Source of the DNA: a phage
Assembly (NCBI GenBank): GCA_011939005.1
Contig: GCA_011939005.1_4858.1
Direction: 5' to 3' (one strand)
DNA: 64,000 bases
The notes under the pieces were generated by a model. It had not been told where the DNA came from, did not search any database, and saw only the letters and a program-made list of their open reading frames with translations. Shown in pieces: positions 9,895 to 18,487 of this stretch. Position 1 is the first letter of the stretch. Every line of letters starts with the position of its first letter. Position numbers and translations under genes: made by a program.

Positions 9895-10280
9895 TACATA
9901 TCCTCAATCGCACTCGACTCGGTATCCACGTACCGCTCAACATCGTACCATTCACCGTCTACAACTTCTTGCACACGGACACTAATGAAGATGCGGTAGC
10001 GCACATCTGAATCTTTTAAAAACTCCCAGCTGGTTTCAACTTCAACGCCAGCAGGAAATACGTTCCCGTAGAGGTTCTCCAAATCCATTTTAATCTGGGC
10101 AACCATCCCGTCGGGATCTTGTGCAAACACAGCTTGCGTATACGCAAGTGATTTAATGTTCCCACGATAAACCACCGATTGGCTATAGCCAGACTCGGTG
10201 TAATGGTTCATCAACTCACGCGCCTTTTCCTGGGGTGTACGTGCCCAGCCACGTGTGGATAAGGTTCCTACCGCAATCAT
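9894..10280 (-). CDS. hypothetical protein (start revised to ATG at 10280)
   Basis: Track ORF extends to 10400 across a terminator hairpin; AGGAG precedes ATG at 10280 (MIAVGTLSTRGW...). Confidence 0.5.
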   Translation of the reverse strand: MIAVGTLSTRGWARTPQEKARELMNHYTESGYSQSVVYRGNIKSLAYTQAVFAQDPDGMVAQIKMDLENLYGNVFPAGVEVETSWEFLKDSDVRYRIFISVRVQEVVDGEWYDVERYVDTESSAIEDM

Positions 10281-10330
10281 GTTAGCTCCTGTCAAATTCA
10301 AGGTAGGATGCTGCATACAGCCCCCAGTGA

Positions 10331-10365
10331 AGAAAAAAAGAGGGGCCGAAGCCCCATCTTTTTTA
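10331..10365. terminator. bidirectional intrinsic terminator
   Basis: GGGGC-CGAA-GCCCC hairpin flanked by A-run and T-run. Confidence 0.5.
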
Positions 10366-10944
10366 ACACGTCGCGCCAAGTTCCGAACAGGGATCACCAT
10401 CTTCCCAGTCGAAAGCTGACATGCGTGCCCAGTTAAGTTGAATATCCACTTTATCGATTCGACTCAGTCGTACTGCACGATCTTCATTGGTAGCCCATTG
10501 CCAAATCTTATCTTCGTCGTACTTCGTCGAAATGCCCGATGTTGCTTCGCGGAAGTGGTCATCGGTACGCATATACGCATTGCCTTTGAACACATCCAAC
10601 CGAGAAAAGCCGTTCTCATAACCAGTCGCCATACCGTCATTATACAACTTACGATATTCCGGCATGGCAACGAGGAATGGCTGTAAAGCAGCATTGGCGA
10701 ACTGGAATTCACCCAACTCTTCGATCTGTCTTACCATCTCTACCGCATCGCTATAACGTAATTTACGTGCGGTACTGAATGTTTCACGGAAACGCTCCAG
10801 TGAGATTAAGTCCTGACAATGTTCTTTTACACGGTCAACGAGATCGGGTGCCAGGCTAGACAGCGAAAACGATTCTTTGAATACGCTGAGTGCCCCGCTA
10901 CCTTCGGTCTGTTTCGTCCACACCGTGCTACCTTGTAGCCACAT
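10363..10944 (-). CDS. hypothetical protein (193 aa)
   Basis: ORF followed by terminator. Confidence 0.55.
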   Translation of the reverse strand: MWLQGSTVWTKQTEGSGALSVFKESFSLSSLAPDLVDRVKEHCQDLISLERFRETFSTARKLRYSDAVEMVRQIEELGEFQFANAALQPFLVAMPEYRKLYNDGMATGYENGFSRLDVFKGNAYMRTDDHFREATSGISTKYDEDKIWQWATNEDRAVRLSRIDKVDIQLNWARMSAFDWEDGDPCSELGATC

Positions 10945-10957
10945 TACAATACTCCTA

Positions 10958-11230
10958 TTAGCCCATCACCGCTTCCAACGGAATGCCTTCTTCATCATCC
11001 TCATCTGCTTCAATAAGGAACTGGTTCTGCATACTGATTAGCTCGTTATGTAAAACCATGCCGTGTTCTACGCGGTCCACATCAGTAGAAGACATAAAGC
11101 CGTTATCTGGACGGAATTGGAGCGCCAACTTCATCTCAGTTTCATCGACTGGTAAACGTACCTGGAACTGGTCGCCATCAAAATCCTGTTTGTCCACTCC
11201 AATCCTTTTGGAGCAGGTGTGTAGTAACAC
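10958..11230 (-). CDS. 3' exon of split RNA polymerase beta-prime-like N-terminal subunit (contains catalytic DFDGD motif)
   Basis: Translation LLHTCSKRIGVDKQDFDGDQFQVRLPV resembles bacterial beta-prime [24 protein letters not shown]; the track start codon is probably not used, the exon being joined by splicing. Confidence 0.6.
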   Translation of the reverse strand: MLLHTCSKRIGVDKQDFDGDQFQVRLPVDETEMKLALQFRPDNGFMSSTDVDRVEHGMVLHNELISMQNQFLIEADEDDEEGIPLEAVMG

Positions 11231-12640
11231 CCTCCCTAACTTTCACTAGGGCACAGACCATACCTTAGCCATGAGCTTTCGCTTTTAGGCTCCTCCCCAC
11301 TTCGGTGCTATTCTAAGCACCTACGAGCATTTCAGCTCCGGTCGTTGAACGTTCCTCTTACGAGGCTTCGCTGCTGATTACCCATTGTTAAAACCCTTAG
11401 CAGTATTGTTTAGCATAGGTCATCTCATTACTTGTTTCCGACTTTCGTCTCCACATGGGCAAATGAGCTTTAGGGGTTCCCAGCAATTCAGGGAGATACA
11501 CATCAGAGGTTTCCCGTCTGATGGGGCAAGGCTATTCTGCTGTTAAATATTGAACTTCAAATTGTTTGTACTTTCCGGTTTGTGAGACTGCTTTGGCCAC
11601 AGTGTTTCTTTTCACACCAATCGCGTTTGAAAACTCTTGTAAAGAATTCCAAATGGTTTTGATGTTAGTGGTCGTATCAGTCACACGCACCATCGACGGT
11701 ACACGTTTTGGCATTTGTGATTGTGGTCTGGGTTTGCGGAGATCGATCATGTCAGTTATGGCAACATCGATATCCACCATGTACCACGCCTCATATCCAA
11801 ACTTAGTCAAATCGACGGAACCGCCGTTGAGATGGGAATAGATGAGGTGTGGTTTTATACCCACGTATTCGGCTGCTGCCGGTACAGACGAGAACAGGAA
11901 ATATGGTTCCTTACCAACTTTTCTGATGACCAGTCCTTTATTACCTGGTCCTGAGTTCTTACCAATAGAATTCTTGGTGAGAATCCAGTCGTCTTCCGGT
12001 ACCTTGACTTCAAACACATCATTTAGCGTGTATTGACGATTAAGCCCACGTGCGATCGAGCTTGAAACCAAGTGCCGATTAACGCCGATATACTCAGCCG
12101 CCTTAGTCATGCTACGGAACTGAACTATATCGCCGGTCTCGAGATTTCTGACATCGACAATAATGTTGTCAGTTCTTAGACCAGTATCGAAAGCATGATT
12201 AACATTTTCCTTTCGATAACACCACTCAAGGTTTACCACAGATGGATTACTCTTAACACCATCACGATGGTTAACCTCGTCACCACATTTATCCAGGAAC
12301 ACAGTCGCAACAATTCGATGTAAATGGGTTTCGCCTTTACAACCGCGCACTCCCAGGTATCCACTTTTGAGAATGAAGACTGGTAGCGGCGTGACCATAC
12401 CTTTTACTTTACAGTCGCCCAATGCATCAACAAAGAGATCACGATAGACTGGGTGTCTGTAATACCCCTTAAAAACATACGAGGGCTCTAAATCATCGCG
12501 TAGTTTCCTACTCAACTTTTCAATAATCACAATTTATTCCCTATTACCAGTCACCGACTAAGAATAAGGAATAGCAGAATAACACTTTTACCGTTAGCCA
12601 TCTTGATCACACGGTCAGAGATACGCAGCGAACACTGGTT
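11231..12640 (-). mobile_element. group I intron with embedded HNH homing endonuclease gene (boundaries approximate, within about 15 nt)
   Basis: Interrupts a beta-prime-like reading frame; 300-nt core (11231..11531) carries P-like AATTGCTGGGAA (11475..11489), Q-like AATCAGCAG (11371..11379) and R-like GTTCAACGAC (11341..11350) in canonical order on the sense strand; a G precedes the proposed 3' junction at 11231. Confidence 0.6.
11532..12530 (-). CDS. HNH homing endonuclease (intron-encoded)
   Basis: HNH core VNHRDGVKSNPSVVNLEW...NVNHA plus three repeated helix-turn-helix-like modules (AAEYIGVNRHLVSS, AAEYVGIKPHLIYS, SNAIGVKRNTVAKA); GTG start about 20 nt after the exon-readthrough stop. 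Confidence 0.75.
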   Translation of the reverse strand: MIIEKLSRKLRDDLEPSYVFKGYYRHPVYRDLFVDALGDCKVKGMVTPLPVFILKSGYLGVRGCKGETHLHRIVATVFLDKCGDEVNHRDGVKSNPSVVNLEWCYRKENVNHAFDTGLRTDNIIVDVRNLETGDIVQFRSMTKAAEYIGVNRHLVSSSIARGLNRQYTLNDVFEVKVPEDDWILTKNSIGKNSGPGNKGLVIRKVGKEPYFLFSSVPAAAEYVGIKPHLIYSHLNGGSVDLTKFGYEAWYMVDIDVAITDMIDLRKPRPQSQMPKRVPSMVRVTDTTTNIKTIWNSLQEFSNAIGVKRNTVAKAVSQTGKYKQFEVQYLTAE

Positions 12641-13957
12641 AACATCGGTAACAACTTCGTCGATGAACAGCGTCTGAATAGACAACTGTACCAGCGTTGG
12701 GTTACGTAGCGGTATGACCATGATCCCAAGACCGCCTGGGGATTCACGAATCAGTTCTTTAAAGATTTCGTCTACAAGCGGGTCATACTGCATTGCCGCT
12801 TTTGCGACGATACGTTCACACTGCCGTGACGAATAACCGCGTCGTAGCAGTTTGTTCTCGATGTGGGTCGACATCAACCCAACCATCCAACGCCATGGTG
12901 CTTTTAACTTCCAGGCATCGTGTGGTTCTGAGATAGGTGAGATGGTTGCACGACCACCGAACGGGATGTGGGTAGAACCCAATTTCGCACGATAGTCACC
13001 CGGTTTACCTTCCATAGACTCACGACGGAAGTCCATGTGGAAGTACGTTAGCTGACGGTTCGCCTTCAAAGCACGACTAATCAGAAAACGTGGTTCGATC
13101 GCTTTACGCCGCGTATAGAGCAACGCGATATTTTTCACCGCGTCAATAGCACCCGTGAACACTGGGTCTACCATGACACCACGACGACCTTCCTCAGTAA
13201 CGATAAGTTTAGAGGAGATTAGCGGTAAGTGTCTTGGGAAGAATGCATGGCGTTGCGTTTCGAATAGCTCCTTCCATTGTAAACGTAAGCGTTCACCTTC
13301 AGCGGCGTTATGCCGATTAGGTGCGAAGATTTCCTTCCAGGCTTCTGGCGTGGTAAGGATGTTAAAGATACTAACGTGGTTATCAACCAGATTGCGCAAG
13401 CCACGAACGAAACCATGTTCTTCCAATACACGTTTCACAGCATGTGCGCGTTTACCGTCTGGTTCTTCTATACGGTAATACGGGTCAATCATCCACATCA
13501 TCAAGTCATTACCGCGTTCGATAGTGACCTTGTTACGTTCAAACTTCTTCAACTTGCTATTAAAGAAAGCATTGAACATTGCCCAGAATCGTGGGTTGAC
13601 GAAGTTACCCATTTCATCGGGTGCACGTAACCAGACATCGGATTCAATTCGATGTTCAGTTACAACATAGCCACACGTCGGACACTTACAACCGAGATTG
13701 TAACGATGCGCGATCGGTGCCGGACAATCCAAACTACAAATCGGTGCAGAGTTCAGTTCTTCGTCAACGATTCTGTTCTGTACCATGCGATCGATAAGTT
13801 CAGCAACCTCGATCGCATCCCCGTTAACGGCGACATCGTTAATAATAGTGGGTGGTTTAATACCTTTGGCAGCAGCTTCTATTTGCAAATCGGACAAATA
13901 GTTATCCTGACTAACCAACCGGCCGGATATTCCGTAGAATTTTGGTACCTTTCTCAC
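12551..13957 (-). CDS. 5' exon of split RNA polymerase beta-prime-like N-terminal subunit (exon proper about 12641..13957; frame reads through into intron to stop at 12551)
   Basis: Zinc-finger-like CPAPIAHRYNLGCKCPTCG and LRNPTLVQLSIQTLF (compare beta-prime NRAPTLHRLGIQAFEP); ORF ends before the DFDGD motif. Confidence 0.65.
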   Translation of the reverse strand: MRKVPKFYGISGRLVSQDNYLSDLQIEAAAKGIKPPTIINDVAVNGDAIEVAELIDRMVQNRIVDEELNSAPICSLDCPAPIAHRYNLGCKCPTCGYVVTEHRIESDVWLRAPDEMGNFVNPRFWAMFNAFFNSKLKKFERNKVTIERGNDLMMWMIDPYYRIEEPDGKRAHAVKRVLEEHGFVRGLRNLVDNHVSIFNILTTPEAWKEIFAPNRHNAAEGERLRLQWKELFETQRHAFFPRHLPLISSKLIVTEEGRRGVMVDPVFTGAIDAVKNIALLYTRRKAIEPRFLISRALKANRQLTYFHMDFRRESMEGKPGDYRAKLGSTHIPFGGRATISPISEPHDAWKLKAPWRWMVGLMSTHIENKLLRRGYSSRQCERIVAKAAMQYDPLVDEIFKELIRESPGGLGIMVIPLRNPTLVQLSIQTLFIDEVVTDVNQCSLRISDRVIKMANGKSVILLFLILSR

Positions 13958-13974
13958 ACTGTCAACCTCAACAA

Positions 13975-14012
13975 AAAAAGAGGGAAGGACGGAGGCGTTA
14001 GCCCCCGTCCGT
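13975..14012 (-). terminator. hairpin plus U-run downstream of 14040..15893
   Basis: GGACGG...CCGTCC stem followed in minus sense by TTCCCTCTTTTTTT. Confidence 0.35.
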
Positions 14013-14039
14013 TTCCTAACTACTCAGTAACCGATTCGA

Positions 14040-15893
14040 TTACAGTTTGAAGTTGCTCAGAGTCACGCCCAGACCGAAATCGGAACCGCTTGCAGACAGG
14101 CCGTTGCCAGACAGCGTGAAGTCTTCCCCACCGTTGTTGAAGAACAGAGAGGTCGCCATCGTGTTGTAGGCATTTACACCAGTCATAGACCAGGTGCAGT
14201 TGTTACGGACGAAGTCCAGCAGGCATTTACCGAAGATCGGGTTGATAGCCATATCCAGAGATTCACCGGTAGCTTGCGGTGCTTTGGATGCGAACAGAGA
14301 AGCGGCCAGTTTCAGCATGTAGATACGCTGTTGACGCTCGTTCAGTTCACGGTGGCTGTAGGACTGTGCGTTCAGGTAGCTATAGACGTCGTTCGCGTTA
14401 TCACCCAGTTTGGTAACAACGGAAATCAGGTCCATATCCTGGAAGCTACGTTTCTGTGCAGTACCGGTGTAAACACCGGAAACAGTCGGTACGGCTGCTT
14501 TCACGATGTGGCTGCAATGGATGGTACCATTGAAGGCATCGCCCAGCTGTGCTTTCAGTGCAGAAGCAAATACTGCAGTGAAGCTGGTCGCTGCAACAAC
14601 TTCGCCGTTCTGATCACGCGGGGACATGGAATTCAGAATAGCGAGCAGCTGTTTCAGAGAGTTGTCGTAACCGACCGCAATTTCAGACAGCAAAGTAGAC
14701 AGACCACCCAGGCCGTTACCGGCACGATGGCTAACTACCAGTGCTGCTTCACGCGGTGCGAACATATCCAGGCAACCTTCGATAGCTTCACGGCTACCGT
14801 CGATTTTGGATACATCAGGACGAGCGTCAGCACCCCAGGACAGGTATTCTGCCACACGGGAGAACTTGCGATCTTGTTTGTTCAGACGTTTCACAAACAG
14901 GTCACGCCAGCCACCGATTGCCGCGATTTCTGCAAATGCAGCCAGCAGCAGCAGTTGACGTTCATACGGTGCCATTGCACCTTCAGTTTGAGAATCGATC
15001 AGACTTACTACGATTTCAGCCTGCAGCTGTTTCAGGTCGTAGACGCCGTTAACGACAGGCTTCTGACCGGTGAAACGCATATTGACGAAACCGGTACCGG
15101 ATACACGCGGATACACCTGTACCTGATTGGTGTCCAGCAGAGTCGGAGTGGCGTCGGTTACGTTGCTTGGGCTGTGCTCAACGGTGATTGCGAAATCAGC
15201 ACGCTGTGCGTGGCCGTTAGCATCAACAACCGCACCATCTTCCAGCGGCATTACTGCGGCCTGATAACGGTCATGCTTACGCAGGTTCAGCGTACCCAGG
15301 TAGCCTGCGATACGACCGAAGATGCCCATCATCATCTGACCCATCAGAGTACGTGCCCACTCAGCATCCAGAACTTTACCCAGGTCTGGTACGGAGTTGA
15401 TGATCATGAAGTTCGCATTGGTCAGACCATGCGCTTCCATGATGTTTTTCTGTACTACTGCCAGCACGTCTTTGTTGAACAGTTCAGTGATGGTGTAGTA
15501 GTCTTCCTGGCCGTTGTTGGTAGTTTCTTTCAGACGCAGAGACTGACCGCGTTCAAAGAAGATGATACCGTACAGCCAGTGGCCCTGCCATTGGCCTGCG
15601 ACGTACGCCGCGGAACCCATTTCGTTACCCACGCCGACGATGGTGCCCCAGCGGAATGCGTTGAGGTATTCGTTGCTTTTCTTCAGCTCATCCAGGAGGT
15701 TGGTGAAGTGCATTGCATAGGTGCTGATGTTGCGGATGCCAAATGCGTTATCGAATTGGCTGACAGTAGAAGTACCCGGCACAGCAGTTTGCACTTTTAC
15801 AGTCTCGTTGCCCAGACCGCCCAGTGGTGCGGTGTCTTGAGTCTGAGTGTTGTTCTGCTGAGCGTTGTTGTTAGAGTCAACGATTTTTACCAT
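14040..15893 (-). CDS. hypothetical 617-aa protein, apparently monocistronic; candidate abundant protein (phage-nucleus shell protein or capsid protein; unverified)
   Basis: AAGGAA RBS; two motif copies upstream and a terminator downstream; low-complexity N-terminal (NNNAQQNNTQTQ) and C-terminal (GNGLSASGSDFGLG) tails around an ordered core. Confidence 0.7.
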   Translation of the reverse strand: MVKIVDSNNNAQQNNTQTQDTAPLGGLGNETVKVQTAVPGTSTVSQFDNAFGIRNISTYAMHFTNLLDELKKSNEYLNAFRWGTIVGVGNEMGSAAYVAGQWQGHWLYGIIFFERGQSLRLKETTNNGQEDYYTITELFNKDVLAVVQKNIMEAHGLTNANFMIINSVPDLGKVLDAEWARTLMGQMMMGIFGRIAGYLGTLNLRKHDRYQAAVMPLEDGAVVDANGHAQRADFAITVEHSPSNVTDATPTLLDTNQVQVYPRVSGTGFVNMRFTGQKPVVNGVYDLKQLQAEIVVSLIDSQTEGAMAPYERQLLLLAAFAEIAAIGGWRDLFVKRLNKQDRKFSRVAEYLSWGADARPDVSKIDGSREAIEGCLDMFAPREAALVVSHRAGNGLGGLSTLLSEIAVGYDNSLKQLLAILNSMSPRDQNGEVVAATSFTAVFASALKAQLGDAFNGTIHCSHIVKAAVPTVSGVYTGTAQKRSFQDMDLISVVTKLGDNANDVYSYLNAQSYSHRELNERQQRIYMLKLAASLFASKAPQATGESLDMAINPIFGKCLLDFVRNNCTWSMTGVNAYNTMATSLFFNNGGEDFTLSGNGLSASGSDFGLGVTLSNFKL

Positions 15894-15949
15894 TTTAAAT
15901 ATTCCTTAATAGTGATTGCAATCATAGTTCGGTTCGCAGAGATAATATC

Positions 15950-15964
15950 TGCCTGTAATTCCAT
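15950..15964. promoter_or_regulatory. copy 4 of motif (AGATAATATCTGCCT)
   Basis: 57 nt upstream of minus gene start 15893. Confidence 0.4.
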
Positions 15965-16032
15965 GGAATGCAAGTATGCCGTCGCTTACTTACAAGGCAC
16001 ATAGTCCAGACATTTCTCAGGAACTGTCACAT

Positions 16033-16047
16033 AGATAATATCAATCT
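16033..16047. promoter_or_regulatory. copy 5 of motif (AGATAATATCAATCT)
   Basis: 53 nt upstream of the probable plus gene start 16100, in a divergent region. Confidence 0.4.
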
Positions 16048-16078
16048 GAGATATTTTTGACTGTGACTGACTTCCTAT

Positions 16079-17167
16079 GTGGAATCTAAGGAGTCTGCCA
16101 TGTTCAGCCAAGCCGAGTTAAACCAAGTGGCCATAAAGGGTCACAGCACGGACCCCTCCGCTATAACATTAGCGGCTCACGTAAAAAACAACAGCCAGCG
16201 TATACGCAACTACTTCGAACAGCTTAATCGCAGTGCTGGTAATGGCCATTTGTTGCAACAGGTGTTGTCTGCCATCGGCTATGCCGGTGAACCAGAGTAC
16301 GAAGACATCGAATGGGCTTGCCGTCGCAAGCTTGTTCAGATCGGTAACGCCTTACGCTTGACATCTGTTGGTGAGTACGGTCAAATCTTTAATAGCAAGT
16401 TTATCCAGGGCCAAGATGAGGTAATCTCTCTCGTAGCCCGCCCAGTAAATCCAGACCTTTCGTTCCGCGACTACACCCCCGCCCGTTACCTCTACCATGA
16501 GTATACCAACCTCAATTGGAAGTTCGGTGACGGACGGCCCCGAGGTGTTACGGTGATCGAAATCAACCTGGTTGCTTTGCTTTGGCAATATGTCAAAGGC
16601 CAGCAGCACTACAGTCGCGGTACCGAACCTATTGCCACACCTGTGTATCTCCAACGACATGTGATCTCTCGCATGTTGCCGAGCTACATGGATATCGCCT
16701 TTGTAAATATACATCGCGCGATAGCCTTCGGGAAAGAGATTGAACCGGATGAAACATTACGTGTCATTCCTGTTCCGCCGCTTCAAGCTTTAGCTGTGAA
16801 GCACGCAAAAGGCATCCGTAGTAAACTACTGGCTGCCAACCCGTTACCGGGACAAGTCTTAAACAACATCCCGTTGTTCTTCCAACACCCTGATGAAGAA
16901 GGCCACACAGCACTGGAACTGATTGTCTTTCGAGAACCAGGTCAAACACTGCAGAACACCTGGCACCAGAACATGGTGAACTGGTACTGGGCACTGTTTT
17001 GTCTTCAATACAACCAGGGGAATATGGAGAAACACAAACGTACGATGTTGGTTGATTTGGCGCGTTATGTGGACTCTAAAGTCCTCACACGTTTGACCAA
17101 ATCCTTCTATAACTTTATCCAACGCGATTTGATTATCCCGTTGACGACAGAGCTAGAAGAAAAATAA
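16079..17167 (+). CDS. hypothetical protein (probable start ATG 16100)
   Basis: AAGGAG 6 nt upstream of ATG at 16100 (MFSQAELNQ...); followed by terminator. Confidence 0.6.
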   Translation: MESKESAMFSQAELNQVAIKGHSTDPSAITLAAHVKNNSQRIRNYFEQLNRSAGNGHLLQQVLSAIGYAGEPEYEDIEWACRRKLVQIGNALRLTSVGEYGQIFNSKFIQGQDEVISLVARPVNPDLSFRDYTPARYLYHEYTNLNWKFGDGRPRGVTVIEINLVALLWQYVKGQQHYSRGTEPIATPVYLQRHVISRMLPSYMDIAFVNIHRAIAFGKEIEPDETLRVIPVPPLQALAVKHAKGIRSKLLAANPLPGQVLNNIPLFFQHPDEEGHTALELIVFREPGQTLQNTWHQNMVNWYWALFCLQYNQGNMEKHKRTMLVDLARYVDSKVLTRLTKSFYNFIQRDLIIPLTTELEEK

Positions 17168-17215
17168 GACTTACTCTCTCCTCGCGAACACTCTTTCGAG
17201 TATTCATACTATATA

Positions 17216-17252
17216 CAAAAACTACACACTTCGGTGTGTAGTTCTTTTTTTA
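17216..17252. terminator. intrinsic terminator (bidirectional)
   Basis: CTACACAC-TTCG-GTGTGTAG hairpin then TTCTTTTTTTATTT; short A-run upstream. Confidence 0.55.
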
Positions 17253-17921
17253 TTTGCTGTCTGGGTGGTTCTTGAGGAAGTTTAAAGCATGTTCAACCGC
17301 AGCGGGATCTAGGGTTTGTACCGCAGTAAACGCCACCTCAATTTCAACACTCGACGACTTCTTTTTCTTCCCGCATTGATAGTAGGCAATACCCAACTGT
17401 TTACACACAGAAGCGACATTCGCATCCGTAAAACGAACGACATGCGTATTGCTACCCGGATCGATAACCACGAAATCGACATCAATCACCGCATTAGGTG
17501 ACCAGACTTCCGGCCCACGTACGCCATCGCGGAGAACAGCAGAATCACCAACCCAAGGTAGTTTTCGCAGGTATTCGACTAACGCCACTTCGCGAGACTT
17601 GTGCGACATAGCCCATTCGATATTAGCTGACTGAACTTCTTCAACACACTTATAGTGCCAGTTCATTTCAGTAAGCAGCTGTTTTGCCAGAGGTGTGGTC
17701 GGGTGAACAGCGACTAATAACTGAGTGCCTTTACCATGCGGTTGTGTAACTGATTGTGCCAGTGGTGTACGGAAGTTACGAATCGCTTCACTATAACCAC
17801 TCTGAGCAAAGGCTTTCTCTACGCGTTTGCTTACTTGATTAATGAGATCGTCTCGGTTGACGGTGAGATAAGTCAATTCGGGTATTGACATTGGTAACTT
17901 CAAATCTTGTTCATCACTCAT
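17250..17921 (-). CDS. hypothetical protein (223 aa)
   Basis: ORF in tandem array. Confidence 0.6.
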   Translation of the reverse strand: MSDEQDLKLPMSIPELTYLTVNRDDLINQVSKRVEKAFAQSGYSEAIRNFRTPLAQSVTQPHGKGTQLLVAVHPTTPLAKQLLTEMNWHYKCVEEVQSANIEWAMSHKSREVALVEYLRKLPWVGDSAVLRDGVRGPEVWSPNAVIDVDFVVIDPGSNTHVVRFTDANVASVCKQLGIAYYQCGKKKKSSSVEIEVAFTAVQTLDPAAVEHALNFLKNHPDSK

Positions 17922-18115
17922 TTTATCGTCTCCATGAAATCACTTGCGTACGGTTTACCCCACACAGTGATACTACGTTTCCGTTTGGCATCCAATGCCG
18001 TGATATGCACCGTTTCGCCTGCCTGATGTAACTCAATATCCACGCAACCCCGTTCTTCGAGGTCGCGACGGATTGCGGTTATCATCTCTGTGGACTTCCC
18101 GCTATTTCGATACAT
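17918..18115 (-). CDS. hypothetical small protein (65 aa)
   Basis: Short ORF with start/stop overlap to neighbours. Confidence 0.4.
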   Translation of the reverse strand: MYRNSGKSTEMITAIRRDLEERGCVDIELHQAGETVHITALDAKRKRSITVWGKPYASDFMETIK

Positions 18116-18383
18116 ACCCTTCCACCCGCACGTTTAAACCGCCTATTGCTGCAAACCAACCGTCGAGAGGATTGTCAAATTGCTTGTCAATAGACACAAC
18201 CGGTTTCATGGTTTTCCAACGATCGTCGCGTGGCGACACTGAACCTTCACACGATGCCAGTGTTTGAAACTGCGTTGGCAAAGACAACACATGCTGCCGT
18301 ACCAGGTTAGGCTGGCTGTGCAAATAGAGCTGTCGCCAGCCCCAGTTATTTGCTTTACTGTTTCGTTTCGACACAATGTTCAT
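18102..18383 (-). CDS. hypothetical small protein (93 aa)
   Basis: Short ORF in the operon. Confidence 0.4.
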   Translation of the reverse strand: MNIVSKRNSKANNWGWRQLYLHSQPNLVRQHVLSLPTQFQTLASCEGSVSPRDDRWKTMKPVVSIDKQFDNPLDGWFAAIGGLNVRVEGYVSK

Positions 18384-18487
18384 CCTTTAGATAAGATAAC
18401 CAAAGATTGAGTAACGCCGTCGGTACCGGTGCTGGGTCCACCCACGTAAAGGTTATTGTTTGTGGTACACACGATCGTGACTTATTC

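Noticed and set aside
14274-16004. 576-aa plus-strand ORF
   Set aside because: Antisense to the well-supported 617-aa minus gene; Cys/His/Gln/Thr/Phe-rich composition typical of a shadow ORF; no RBS.
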